From: an uncultured Candidatus Peribacteria bacterium
GTDB taxonomy: Bacteria; Patescibacteriota; Gracilibacteria; UBA1369; UBA12473
Assembly: GCA_964473745.1 (NCBI GenBank)
Contig: CAYYQE010000002.1
Coordinates: 5,045-69,044 of the forward strand
Length of the DNA: 64,000 bases
Direction of reading: 5' to 3'
Position 1 is the stretch's first letter, and each line of letters begins with the position of its first letter. Below the pieces are notes generated by a model. The model was not told where the DNA came from. It saw only the letters and a list, made by a program, of their open reading frames with translations, and made no database searches. The position numbers and the translations under genes were made by a program. Shown in pieces: positions 53,589 to 61,956 of the stretch.

Positions 53589-56500
53589 CTAAATAATTGT
53601 GGCCATCTCCGCAATCTGACTTTTCAAATCATCCGAAACAGCAACCCCAAAAGGAACTTTTATTCGCTTAACCATCCCAGCCTGTTTTATTTGGATCTCT
53701 ACCCGTTGTTTACCCTGGTGACGTAGCAACAACTCTTTTAGTTTGAGTAATTGCTCCGAGGAAGCCTCGGCATCACTCATTGTGATCACTAAATCTTCAA
53801 TTGTTGGTGGGGGAGTTTTAGGAGCCACCTTTTTTTTGGCTGATTCCGGCTTAAGCTCTGGCTCTGGTTTGGATTCTGGCTCAGATTCTGGTTCGGGCTC
53901 AGAATTAGAAACAAAACTAACGCGCTCTTCGGGATTGTAAAGTTTTGCTTGCTTGGCCTTACTAATCATTGTTTCCAAGGAAACTCCCTGGATAGTTTGC
54001 GCTAAAATTTGAAATTGCCCTCTTCTAAATTCAACTTTACCAGCAATTGTCACAACACTTTCGGGCGTCAAAAGATCTTTGAATTTAGCAAAAGTATTCG
54101 GGAAAATTGTTATTTCTAGACGACCAGTGGGGTCTTCTAGGGTTAAATAAGCCATTTGTGATCCACTTTTGGTGAAAATCTTTTTTACACTAGTCAAAAT
54201 CCCAGCCAATTTAATAGATTTCCCAACTAGTTTTTTATCAATAGATTCAATCAAATTCACTTTGCGTCTAAGGTATTGCCTTAATCCTTGTAATGGATGG
54301 CCAGATACATAAAATCCCAAAAACTCTTTTTCCCATTGCAATCGTTGTAAAGGAGATGCCTCGGGGACATCCGCCAAAACAAACGGTGGTAAAGCCGCTT
54401 CCTCCTCGGTTAACATTGAAAAAATATCGGTTTGCCCCTGCGCCGAAGTAGTTTGAATAAGCCGAGCATGACGAGAAATATCTTCAATACTGGCCACCAG
54501 GGCTTTGCGTTCACCAAGGTCATCCAAAGCTCCCGCATAACCTAGTGCTTCTAGAGTTTTTTTGTTTAAAAAATTATAGGGGACTCGCTTTGTAAAATCT
54601 TCAATATCTTTAAAAGCCCCGCCTTTTTCCCGAATTTCTAAGAGCTCATTAACTTTCCCAGCTCCGACTCCTTTAATAGCAGCCAAACCAAACCGAATAG
54701 TGCCATCATCAACCACCGTGAAGTTCGCCATAGATTCATTTATAGAAGGAGGAAGAATTTTAATCCCCATGGCCGCGGCTTCGTTAAATTCAATTATTAG
54801 TCGATCCGTATTATCACAATCCGAAGTCATCAAAGCCGCCATAAATTCAGCTGGATACTGACTTTTTAAATAAGCCGTTCGGTAGGCGATCATGGCGTAA
54901 CAAGTGGCATGCGCTTTGTTAAAACCATACCCAGCAAAGGGTTCAATCACTTTTTCAAATACATCAGTGGCAAATTTTTCAGTGTGGTCCTTTTTTATAG
55001 AGCCTTCAATAAACTTGGTGCGCTGCTGGGCTAGTAATTCTGGAATCTTTTTCCCAACCGCTTTACGCAAAATATCGGCCTCACCAAGCGAAAACCCAGC
55101 CACCATTTGGGATAGTTTAAGAATTTGTTCCTGATAAACCGCCACCCCATAAGTTTCTTCTAAAATTTCCTTAAAACTAGGGTGAAGATATTTAACTTTT
55201 TTGGTGTTGTGTTTTCCTTGAATATAAGACGGAATCCAATCCATTGGGCCCGGTCGATACAAGGCATTCATCGCAATCAAATCTTCAAAACGGGTTGGTT
55301 TAAGTTGTTTTAAATAACGCTTCATTCCGGCTGATTCAAATTGGAAAACTCCTGTAGTTTCTCCGCGAGCCATTAAGGCAAAGGTTTTTTTGTCATCCAA
55401 AGGAAGGTCATCTAGGTTTATTTCAACGTCCTTGGTTCGTTTAATAATTTCTAACGCATATTGCAAGATAGAAAGATTTTTCAACCCTAAGAAATCCATT
55501 TTAAGAAGTCCAAGTTTTTCTACGGAATACATATCGTACTGCGTGATGATGGCCTCTTCTTTACCACCTGGGGCGAATTGTAGGGGAGTGTACTTAGCCA
55601 AAGGCTTATCAGAAATAACAACGGCACAGGCATGCACCGAAGCATGACGAACTACACCTTCTAACTTCTTGGCCAAATTCAACAACTTTTTCATCTGGGG
55701 ATTAGAATCATAATGCGCTTTTAAATCCATTTCTTGCTCTAGTGCTTCTTCTAATTTAACGCCTGGGCGGCCCGGGATAAGCTTGGCAATAACATCAACT
55801 TCGGAATAAGGAATTCCCAAAGCGCGACCCACATCCCGCACTGCCGCCCGGGCCGCCATAGTTCCAAAAGTAATAATTTGAGCAACGTGTTCTTTTCCAT
55901 ACTTTTCAACCACATATTCCAAAACTTCATCACGCCGCACATCAGCAAAATCAATATCAATATCCGGCATACTTACCCGTTCTGGATTCAAAAAACGCTC
56001 AAAAAGAAGCCCGTATTTAATCGGATCTACATCTGTAATTTTTAAACAATAAGCAATAATCGAACCCGCGGCTGAACCTCGGCCAGGTCCCACCAAAATC
56101 CCGGAATTCTTCGCAAAAGCCACAAAATCATGAACAATTAAAAAGTAGGTATCAAATCCCATTTTGTGCACCAAGTCTAATTCATATTCCAATCGATCCA
56201 GAGCCTCTTGGGAAGGATTTCCCCCATAATGATCTTTTAGACCCTCTTCACATAATTCACGCAAATAATCTTCATTCTTTTTATCAAAAGGGGCTTTAAA
56301 GGAAGGGATCAAATATTGATCTCCGAGTGCAATCTCCACATCACAGCGATTCGCAATTTCCAAAGTATTAGTGATTGCTTCCGGAATATAATCAAAATCT
56401 TGAGCCATTTTAGTTTTCGAACGCATCGAAAGATCCGCTTCCATGCGAAACCGATCTTCATCATCAACCTTATTTCCAGTTTGCACACAAAGCAGAACAT

Positions 56501-57155
56501 CGTGCGCCTCTTTGTCCTCGGGGTTAATATAATGACAGTCATTCGTCGCTACCAACGGAGTCTTAGTCCCTTGAGACAGAGTGATTAATTTTTCATTAAC
56601 AATACTTTGCTCCATAAGTTGGGGATGGCTTTGCATCTCCAAGAAAACACTTTCTTTGCCAAAAACAGACTGAAGTTCGGTTAAAACCTCGCGCGCCTCA
56701 TCCTCTTTATTAGCTAACAGCAACTTGGGAATATTTCCGTTCAAACACCCAGTTAACACAATTAAACCATCCGAATAATCTCGTAAAAGTTCCATATCCA
56801 CCCGCGGCTTATAATAAAATCCCTCTAAGTGCGCTTTTGTCGAAATTTCCAATAAATTTTCATATCCTTTTTTATTCTCGGCCAACAAAACCAAATGCCC
56901 CACCTGGTTATCAATTCCTGTTTGTTTAGAAAAACGAGTTGAAACAGCGGTATAGGCCTCCATCCCAATAATCGGCTTTATGCCAGCCTTTTTCGCTGTC
57001 TGATAAAATTCTACGGCACCATAGAGGTTACCGTGATCAGTTATCGCAACCGCGGGAGCTTCATCCTGAAGCGCTCGTTCCACATAATCCTTTGGCTTAG
57101 GAAGCCCATCCAAAAGACTGTAATGGGTATGGCAATGAAGATGTACAAAAGTCAT
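53589..57155 (-). CDS. dnaE: DNA polymerase III alpha subunit
   Basis: PHP domain (FVHLHCHTHYSLLDG), polymerase core (PDIDIDF) and OB fold. A Pro/Glu/Ser-rich linker (EPEPESEPESKPEPELKPE) and an extra C-terminal segment of about 90 aa follow. Confidence 0.95.
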   Translation of the reverse strand: MTFVHLHCHTHYSLLDGLPKPKDYVERALQDEAPAVAITDHGNLYGAVEFYQTAKKAGIKPIIGMEAYTAVSTRFSKQTGIDNQVGHLVLLAENKKGYENLLEISTKAHLEGFYYKPRVDMELLRDYSDGLIVLTGCLNGNIPKLLLANKEDEAREVLTELQSVFGKESVFLEMQSHPQLMEQSIVNEKLITLSQGTKTPLVATNDCHYINPEDKEAHDVLLCVQTGNKVDDEDRFRMEADLSMRSKTKMAQDFDYIPEAITNTLEIANRCDVEIALGDQYLIPSFKAPFDKKNEDYLRELCEEGLKDHYGGNPSQEALDRLEYELDLVHKMGFDTYFLIVHDFVAFAKNSGILVGPGRGSAAGSIIAYCLKITDVDPIKYGLLFERFLNPERVSMPDIDIDFADVRRDEVLEYVVEKYGKEHVAQIITFGTMAARAAVRDVGRALGIPYSEVDVIAKLIPGRPGVKLEEALEQEMDLKAHYDSNPQMKKLLNLAKKLEGVVRHASVHACAVVISDKPLAKYTPLQFAPGGKEEAIITQYDMYSVEKLGLLKMDFLGLKNLSILQYALEIIKRTKDVEINLDDLPLDDKKTFALMARGETTGVFQFESAGMKRYLKQLKPTRFEDLIAMNALYRPGPMDWIPSYIQGKHNTKKVKYLHPSFKEILEETYGVAVYQEQILKLSQMVAGFSLGEADILRKAVGKKIPELLAQQRTKFIEGSIKKDHTEKFATDVFEKVIEPFAGYGFNKAHATCYAMIAYRTAYLKSQYPAEFMAALMTSDCDNTDRLIIEFNEAAAMGIKILPPSINESMANFTVVDDGTIRFGLAAIKGVGAGKVNELLEIREKGGAFKDIEDFTKRVPYNFLNKKTLEALGYAGALDDLGERKALVASIEDISRHARLIQTTSAQGQTDIFSMLTEEEAALPPFVLADVPEASPLQRLQWEKEFLGFYVSGHPLQGLRQYLRRKVNLIESIDKKLVGKSIKLAGILTSVKKIFTKSGSQMAYLTLEDPTGRLEITIFPNTFAKFKDLLTPESVVTIAGKVEFRRGQFQILAQTIQGVSLETMISKAKQAKLYNPEERVSFVSNSEPEPESEPESKPEPELKPESAKKKVAPKTPPPTIEDLVITMSDAEASSEQLLKLKELLLRHQGKQRVEIQIKQAGMVKRIKVPFGVAVSDDLKSQIAEMATII

Positions 57156-57514
57156 AGGGATCCGTTCGTATAGGCCTCAATATTTTGTTGAAGCCAATCA
57201 TCCAACCAACGAAATAATTCCCCAATCCAGGGAATTTCCGAAAGAATTTGGCTTACAATAAAGGTTATAATGGTCAAAACTGCTACTGTTCCCAAAATAA
57301 ATCCTAAACCACGCGCTGTTCCAGCTAAAAAGTTAGTCCAAATAATACTCTTGGGGGAGGCAAGATATCGGAAATATTCCTGGTTATCTTTTAATTTCAA
57401 GGTGTCCACGTTGATATAAGTGTTGTGAACAACTTTGGCACGAGTTTTTTTGGTCTCCTTTGTAACTGTAACTGCTTTCTTAGGACGTTTTTTAGTAGAA
57501 GATTTGGTGGCCAT
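57152..57514 (-). CDS. Small membrane protein with basic N-terminus, hypothetical
   Basis: 120 aa with a Lys-rich N-terminus and one or two TM helices (GLGFILGTVAVLTIITFIV). Its TGA stop overlaps the dnaE ATG (ATGA), suggesting translational coupling. Confidence 0.55.
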   Translation of the reverse strand: MATKSSTKKRPKKAVTVTKETKKTRAKVVHNTYINVDTLKLKDNQEYFRYLASPKSIIWTNFLAGTARGLGFILGTVAVLTIITFIVSQILSEIPWIGELFRWLDDWLQQNIEAYTNGSL

Positions 57515-57621
57515 GGGTTAGGGGAGTTAATTAGGAGGGCGTAAGCAAGTTTATATTATTTCCATAGACAACCAAAGGTCTTTTCTTTAAAATCGGATTG
57601 TTCATTTAAATGATCGACTTT

Positions 57622-57706
57622 GCCGGGGTGGTGAAATTGGCAGACACGCATGCCTTAGGAGCATGTGCCGCAAGGCGTGAGGGTTCGAGTCCCTCCCCCG
57701 GCACCA
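57622..57706 (+). tRNA. tRNA-Leu (anticodon TAG), long variable arm, encoded CCA
   Basis: Acceptor GCCGGGG/CCCCGGC, anticodon stem CATGC/GCATG with loop CTTAGGA, variable arm TGCCGCAAGGCGT, T arm GAGGG-TTCGAGT-CCCTC. Discriminator A followed by CCA. Confidence 0.93.
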
Positions 57707-57709
57707 GGT

Positions 57710-57737
57710 GCAAAACGGAATAAAATTCCGGTTTTGC
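57710..57737 (+). terminator. Hairpin immediately after tRNA-Leu
   Basis: GCAAAAC-GGAAT-aaa-ATTCC-GGTTTTGC forms 12 pairs with one bulged C. No clear T-run follows. Confidence 0.45.
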
Positions 57738-57767
57738 GCAAAGAATAGACTTTTTTAAAAACCACCC

Positions 57768-57797
57768 TTGACAACATGTCAACTAGTTGTTTATAAT
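57768..57797 (+). promoter_or_regulatory. Consensus sigma70 promoter (TTGACA-N18-TATAAT) upstream of the sigma-region-4/HARE-HTH gene
   Basis: The -35 is at 57768-57773 and the -10 at 57792-57797. A second TTGACA-N17-TAAATT lies about 60 nt further downstream. Confidence 0.6.
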
Positions 57798-57904
57798 TCA
57801 CCCCATTCATTGACGAGCTGTTAAAAACCTTTTCATTTGACATTCGCTCCAAAATGGATTAAATTCCTCCTCCAAGCCACCAATTAACCTTAAAACCGTA
57901 CGAC

Positions 57905-58978
57905 ATGCCCACGTCAACCTCGCAACTCAGTGAAACTCTAGACCTTCAAAAGGTAGTAGAGGATCTTTTTATGGTGCTTTCCCCAAAGGAGAAGGAAGTC
58001 GTTATTAAGCGATTCTCACTAAATAACACCCCGAAACAAACTCTAGAAAGCATTGGCAAAAAATTCGGTGTTACCCGCGAACGAATCCGACAAATTGAAA
58101 AAATCGCGCTTACCAAACTTAAACGTACGGCCCCAAACACTAAACTCCGTGTGATTTCTGAATTAGCACTTCAAATACTCAATAGAAATGGTGGAGCAGT
58201 CACAGAAGTCAATGTTATTCAAGAGATCCTTGATATGATGTGTAGCACAAACGAAGTAGACGGGCATATCGTCAAACTTGCGCTAGTAATCAATCCAGAG
58301 CTAAGTCGAGTTAATGACGGCGATATCACAAATGCTTATTTCCACACAAAAACTGTTACACCAAAAGAAATTGAAACCGCTCGCCGACAAGCCATCAAGC
58401 TTCTTACCAAAAAGGGTGATGTTTTGTCAGAAGGAAAACTTTTGAGTGATTTAGCCCTTACTCTTAATAACAGCGAAACTCAGGTTACCCCGGAATTCAT
58501 GCGTTCAGCCATCAACATTGATCGTCGTCTTCGCAAGATAGAGCAAGGATGGGGGCTCATGACCTGGCGTCATGTAAACCCAAAGAGTATTCGCGACAAA
58601 GCTTATATCGTTCTAAAAAAGACTCAAAAACCACTACATTTTGAAGATATTGCCAAAAAGATTAAAGAGGCAGGATTTGATAAAAAAACTGTTACCACCC
58701 AAGCGGTTCACAATGAACTCATTCGCTATGAACATTTTGTTCTAGTTGGACGAGGACTTTATGGACTTAAAGAATGGGGGTATAAAGAAGGTACGGTAGC
58801 GGATGTTATTGAGGGCATCCTCAAAAAGAAAAGCCCGCTCACCAAACAAGAGATCACCAGCAATGTGCTTAAACAACGCCACGTGAAGAAAGGAACTATC
58901 TCCTTAAATCTTCAAAAAAATCCACATTTTGTACGTGTCGGACGAGCTCTCTACGCTCTCGATCTCACCAAAAAATAA
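57905..58978 (+). CDS. Sigma-70 region 4 HTH fused to a C-terminal HARE-HTH-like domain (not a complete sigma factor)
   Basis: The N-terminus LSPKEKEVVIKRFSL...QTLESIGKKFGVTRERIRQIEKIALTKLK is a region 4.2 signature. No region 2 is present. The C-terminus KPLHFEDIAKKIKEAG...AVHNELIRYEHFVLVGRGLYGLKEWGY resembles the HARE-HTH of RNAP delta-like proteins. Confidence 0.65.
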   Translation: MPTSTSQLSETLDLQKVVEDLFMVLSPKEKEVVIKRFSLNNTPKQTLESIGKKFGVTRERIRQIEKIALTKLKRTAPNTKLRVISELALQILNRNGGAVTEVNVIQEILDMMCSTNEVDGHIVKLALVINPELSRVNDGDITNAYFHTKTVTPKEIETARRQAIKLLTKKGDVLSEGKLLSDLALTLNNSETQVTPEFMRSAINIDRRLRKIEQGWGLMTWRHVNPKSIRDKAYIVLKKTQKPLHFEDIAKKIKEAGFDKKTVTTQAVHNELIRYEHFVLVGRGLYGLKEWGYKEGTVADVIEGILKKKSPLTKQEITSNVLKQRHVKKGTISLNLQKNPHFVRVGRALYALDLTKK

Positions 58979-59004
58979 GGCCCTTTACAATTTAACCCTC
59001 CCAA

Positions 59005-59322
59005 ATGTCAAACGATTGCATCTTTTGTAAGATCCTTTCCGGAGAAATCCCTAGTAACAATATTTACAGCGACGACTTGTGTGTCGCTTTTCCTGATATA
59101 AATCCTCAAGCCAGGGTCCATATTTTAATTGTTCCCCTTAAACATATCCCGACCATAAAAGACTTAGAAGCAGGGGATGATCAAATAATGGGCCATCTTA
59201 TTAAAACTGCCCGGGATCTTGCTCAAAAAGAAGGACTCGATGGCTATCGCTTACAATTTAATGTTGGGAAAGCTGGTGGTCAGGAGGTTTTCCATGTTCA
59301 TTTACACTTGCTGGGGAATTAG
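59005..59322 (+). CDS. HIT-family nucleotide hydrolase/transferase
   Basis: CIFCKI and the histidine triad HVHLHLL, in 105 aa. Confidence 0.9.
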   Translation: MSNDCIFCKILSGEIPSNNIYSDDLCVAFPDINPQARVHILIVPLKHIPTIKDLEAGDDQIMGHLIKTARDLAQKEGLDGYRLQFNVGKAGGQEVFHVHLHLLGN

Positions 59323-59326
59323 AAAA

Positions 59327-59434
59327 GAAGCCCGGTGTTTTTTCGAAAACGTCCCGCCGACAGGCGAGAGGGGTTCTTGGAGGATCATGATCCGACAAGG
59401 TTCCCTCCAGCTGAGAAAAAAATAAACGGGCTTC
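59327..59434 (+). repeat. GC-rich structured intergenic repeat, copy B, filling the HIT/nadC convergent spacer
   Basis: The outer stem is GAAGCCCG (59327-59334) / CGGGCTTC (59427-59434). A small hairpin CGCC-gaca-GGCG is present. The central hairpin is GAGGG-GTT-CTTG-GA-GGAT-catg-ATCC-GA-CAAG-GTT-CCCTC. The core is nearly identical to the reverse complement of 4638-4710. Confidence 0.65.
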
Positions 59435-59441
59435 TTTTCTT

Positions 59442-60344
59442 TTAACTCACCATTAACGATAAATCCACCGGCAACACTGAATGCGTAATTGCTCCAACTG
59501 AAATCACATCAACACCGGTTTGGGCATAATCTTGAATGCTTTCCAGGGTAATTCCTCCCGAGGCCTCGTAAAACAAATAATCAGGCCGCGCCATATTAGT
59601 TTTTGACAACAAATTTCCTAACTCAGAGGCTTTAAAATTATCAAACATTACAAAGAAAGGTACGCGATAACTAGCGGGAAGCCTTTTTAATAAATCCTCA
59701 TACTGCTCTATAGTTTCTATTTCAACAGTTACAAAAGGAACATCTTCGGGAAGATGGGGGAGCACAGCCATTAATTCTCCTAAGTCATTTTGCAATAAAT
59801 TAAGGTGATTTTCCTTAAAAAGTGGGGCATCACCCAAGTTAAGACGGTGCGTTAACCCGCCACCCATAGCCACTGCATATATATCCAACAAGCCATATAG
59901 AGTTTTTCGGGTAGCAGCTACGGGAACAGGGGAGGCTGCGATGCGATATTGATCAGTTAGCGTAGAAATACCGCAAAGACGCTGTAAAACGTTCAAAAAA
60001 GCCCGTTCTGTGCGCAAAATACCAGAGGCTGGGCCTTTTAATTCCAAAATAATGTCGCCTTTTTTAAAATCAGCACTTTCTTCAAAATTTACTTGAACCC
60101 GAACATCTTCATAAATATGAGAAAAAAACCATTTAATTAACGGTCCGCCACAAAAAACCCCACTTTGCTTGGCGACCACCACACCAGAAACTTCTTTATT
60201 TGGAGTAACCAAGGCTTCTTCCGTGACATCACCAATAGCGGCATCCGATTCATAAGAACCAAGAAAATACCGCTCCAAATCCTGAACAAAAAGAGGGTTT
60301 TTCAGAGAAAGAAGATGGCTACGATCATAAGGATGAATTGGCAT
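59442..60344 (-). CDS. nadC: Nicotinate-nucleotide pyrophosphorylase (quinolinate phosphoribosyltransferase)
   Basis: The pattern TRKT..GLL..YAV..GG...HR..L.D and the C-terminal TIM-barrel motifs (SGGITLESI, ISVGAITHS) are present. I use the ATG at 60342-60344, directly after the nadA TGA. Confidence 0.88.
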   Translation of the reverse strand: MPIHPYDRSHLLSLKNPLFVQDLERYFLGSYESDAAIGDVTEEALVTPNKEVSGVVVAKQSGVFCGGPLIKWFFSHIYEDVRVQVNFEESADFKKGDIILELKGPASGILRTERAFLNVLQRLCGISTLTDQYRIAASPVPVAATRKTLYGLLDIYAVAMGGGLTHRLNLGDAPLFKENHLNLLQNDLGELMAVLPHLPEDVPFVTVEIETIEQYEDLLKRLPASYRVPFFVMFDNFKASELGNLLSKTNMARPDYLFYEASGGITLESIQDYAQTGVDVISVGAITHSVLPVDLSLMVS

Positions 60345-60347
60345 CAA

Positions 60348-61244
60348 TCAAAGGTTAAACATACGCTCAAACGCTTTCAAGGCTCCGGTCCGCACCGCTT
60401 CATCAACCATCACTATCGGTTCTTCATTTACCAAACAATCACGAATTTTTTCCAAGGTATTCTTTTTCATATCAAAGCACATCGAACACAGGGTGTAAAA
60501 CTTTCGGTCTGGGAATAATTTTTGCAGACGCTTAATCATGCCGCACTCGGTCATAATAATAAATTCTTTAGCTTCTTCTTGGCGCACCGCCTCCACCATT
60601 TTACTGGTGCTTAAACAATAATCAGCTGCTTTACTAACCTCGAGTGGACATTCCGGATGAGCAATGATTTTAGCCTTTGGGTGGCGCTTACGAGCTTGAT
60701 TCACGTAATCCAAAGTAAGACGTTGGTGGATTGGGCAATAGCCATCCCAAGGAATAATTTCCTTTTCTGGAACCTTAGATTGAATAAAATCAGCCAAATT
60801 CTTATCAGGCGCACAAATAACCCGCTTTTCAGGTAACGATTGCACCACTTTTACGGCATTGGCCGAAGTACACAAAACATCTGATTCAGCCTTAATCTCA
60901 GCTGTTGAATTGACATACATCACTACTGGGACCCCCGGATAATTCGCCTTCATAGCTCGTAACCCTTTGATGTCGATCATGTCAGCCATGGCGCAACCAG
61001 CTTCTGGGTCAGGAATAACCACTTTTTTGTCCGGATTTAAAATCGCCGCGCTCTCGGCCATAAAATGAACACCAGAAAAAACAATCATCCGAGCTTCGGT
61101 TTGGCGTGCTTCCTGACAAAGCCCCAATGAATCGCCAATAAAATCAGCCACTTCAAACACTTCGGTTCGTTGATAATTATGCGCCAAAATAATAGCGTTT
61201 TTTTTCCGTTTCAGGCCTTTAATTTCCTCGATTAAATCTTTCAT
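60348..61244 (-). CDS. nadA: Quinolinate synthase
   Basis: ILAHNYQ, VHFMAE, the three-fold repeat architecture and conserved Cys residues are present. I use the ATG at 61244 (MKDLIEEIKGLKRKKNAIILAHNYQ). Confidence 0.9.
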   Translation of the reverse strand: MKDLIEEIKGLKRKKNAIILAHNYQRTEVFEVADFIGDSLGLCQEARQTEARMIVFSGVHFMAESAAILNPDKKVVIPDPEAGCAMADMIDIKGLRAMKANYPGVPVVMYVNSTAEIKAESDVLCTSANAVKVVQSLPEKRVICAPDKNLADFIQSKVPEKEIIPWDGYCPIHQRLTLDYVNQARKRHPKAKIIAHPECPLEVSKAADYCLSTSKMVEAVRQEEAKEFIIMTECGMIKRLQKLFPDRKFYTLCSMCFDMKKNTLEKIRDCLVNEEPIVMVDEAVRTGALKAFERMFNL

Positions 61245-61296
61245 TTTTAGACACGTCAAAAATGGGTCTATAAGATAGCACAAACCCTAAAAAAAG

Positions 61297-61827
61297 CTAT
61301 ACAATCCCGTGCACCACCTTAAGCCACAAATTCCTAACAAATTCCGCCGTGGCATGCAAAAGATCAGCCAAAAGATTTTTAAGTTCCCGCATCCGGGTCA
61401 CAGCCGCCGCTAATTCCTTGAATTTAGCTCGACGCTGACAGCGAGCCGCTTCCTTTTCTAAGTGACGAATTTCTTGGTGGACATGCGCCCGAATCTCTTT
61501 GATCATGGCTTTTGGAGGAGGAAGCTCTTTGAGTAATTTCTTTTTCAGGGCTTCAGCCTCATCTTTAGTCATTTTCTTTTTAAAATCTCCAAACTTTTTA
61601 CCGGTTGCCTGCCGATGTTCGCCAACTCCCTCTTTTTTCTCGGAAAGTTTAATGGAATCAACTGTTTCACTACCATCATCAATTCCTTCCAAAATATTGC
61701 CGGTGTCAACATCCACCTCAGCAGCTAAATTAGAATCTTCGACCGAGCTTTCCGGAGTTTTTGATTTTTCCGGGGTGGTTTCGGGTGAAATTTTTTCTGG
61801 ACCTTTTTGTTGATTATCTCCTACCAT
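61297..61827 (-). CDS. Hypothetical protein: acidic disordered N-terminus, helical C-terminus
   Basis: 176-aa ORF in an operon-like position upstream of nadA. No recognisable motif. Confidence 0.45.
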   Translation of the reverse strand: MVGDNQQKGPEKISPETTPEKSKTPESSVEDSNLAAEVDVDTGNILEGIDDGSETVDSIKLSEKKEGVGEHRQATGKKFGDFKKKMTKDEAEALKKKLLKELPPPKAMIKEIRAHVHQEIRHLEKEAARCQRRAKFKELAAAVTRMRELKNLLADLLHATAEFVRNLWLKVVHGIV

Positions 61828-61956
61828 AGAAAATTTGTTGCTTCTTCTTAATCATACACTTTTAACCTGTAAATGTCAACAGCGATCAGAGCGAAAGCTT
61901 ATTAAGACCAGAGGGAGTATGCTATAAAAGGCTAAGATAAATCAAGTATTTTTTAT

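Noticed and set aside
61828-61956. T-box leader upstream of valS
   Set aside because: The spacer is only 129 nt. It has no specifier-loop/antiterminator architecture and no T-box consensus.
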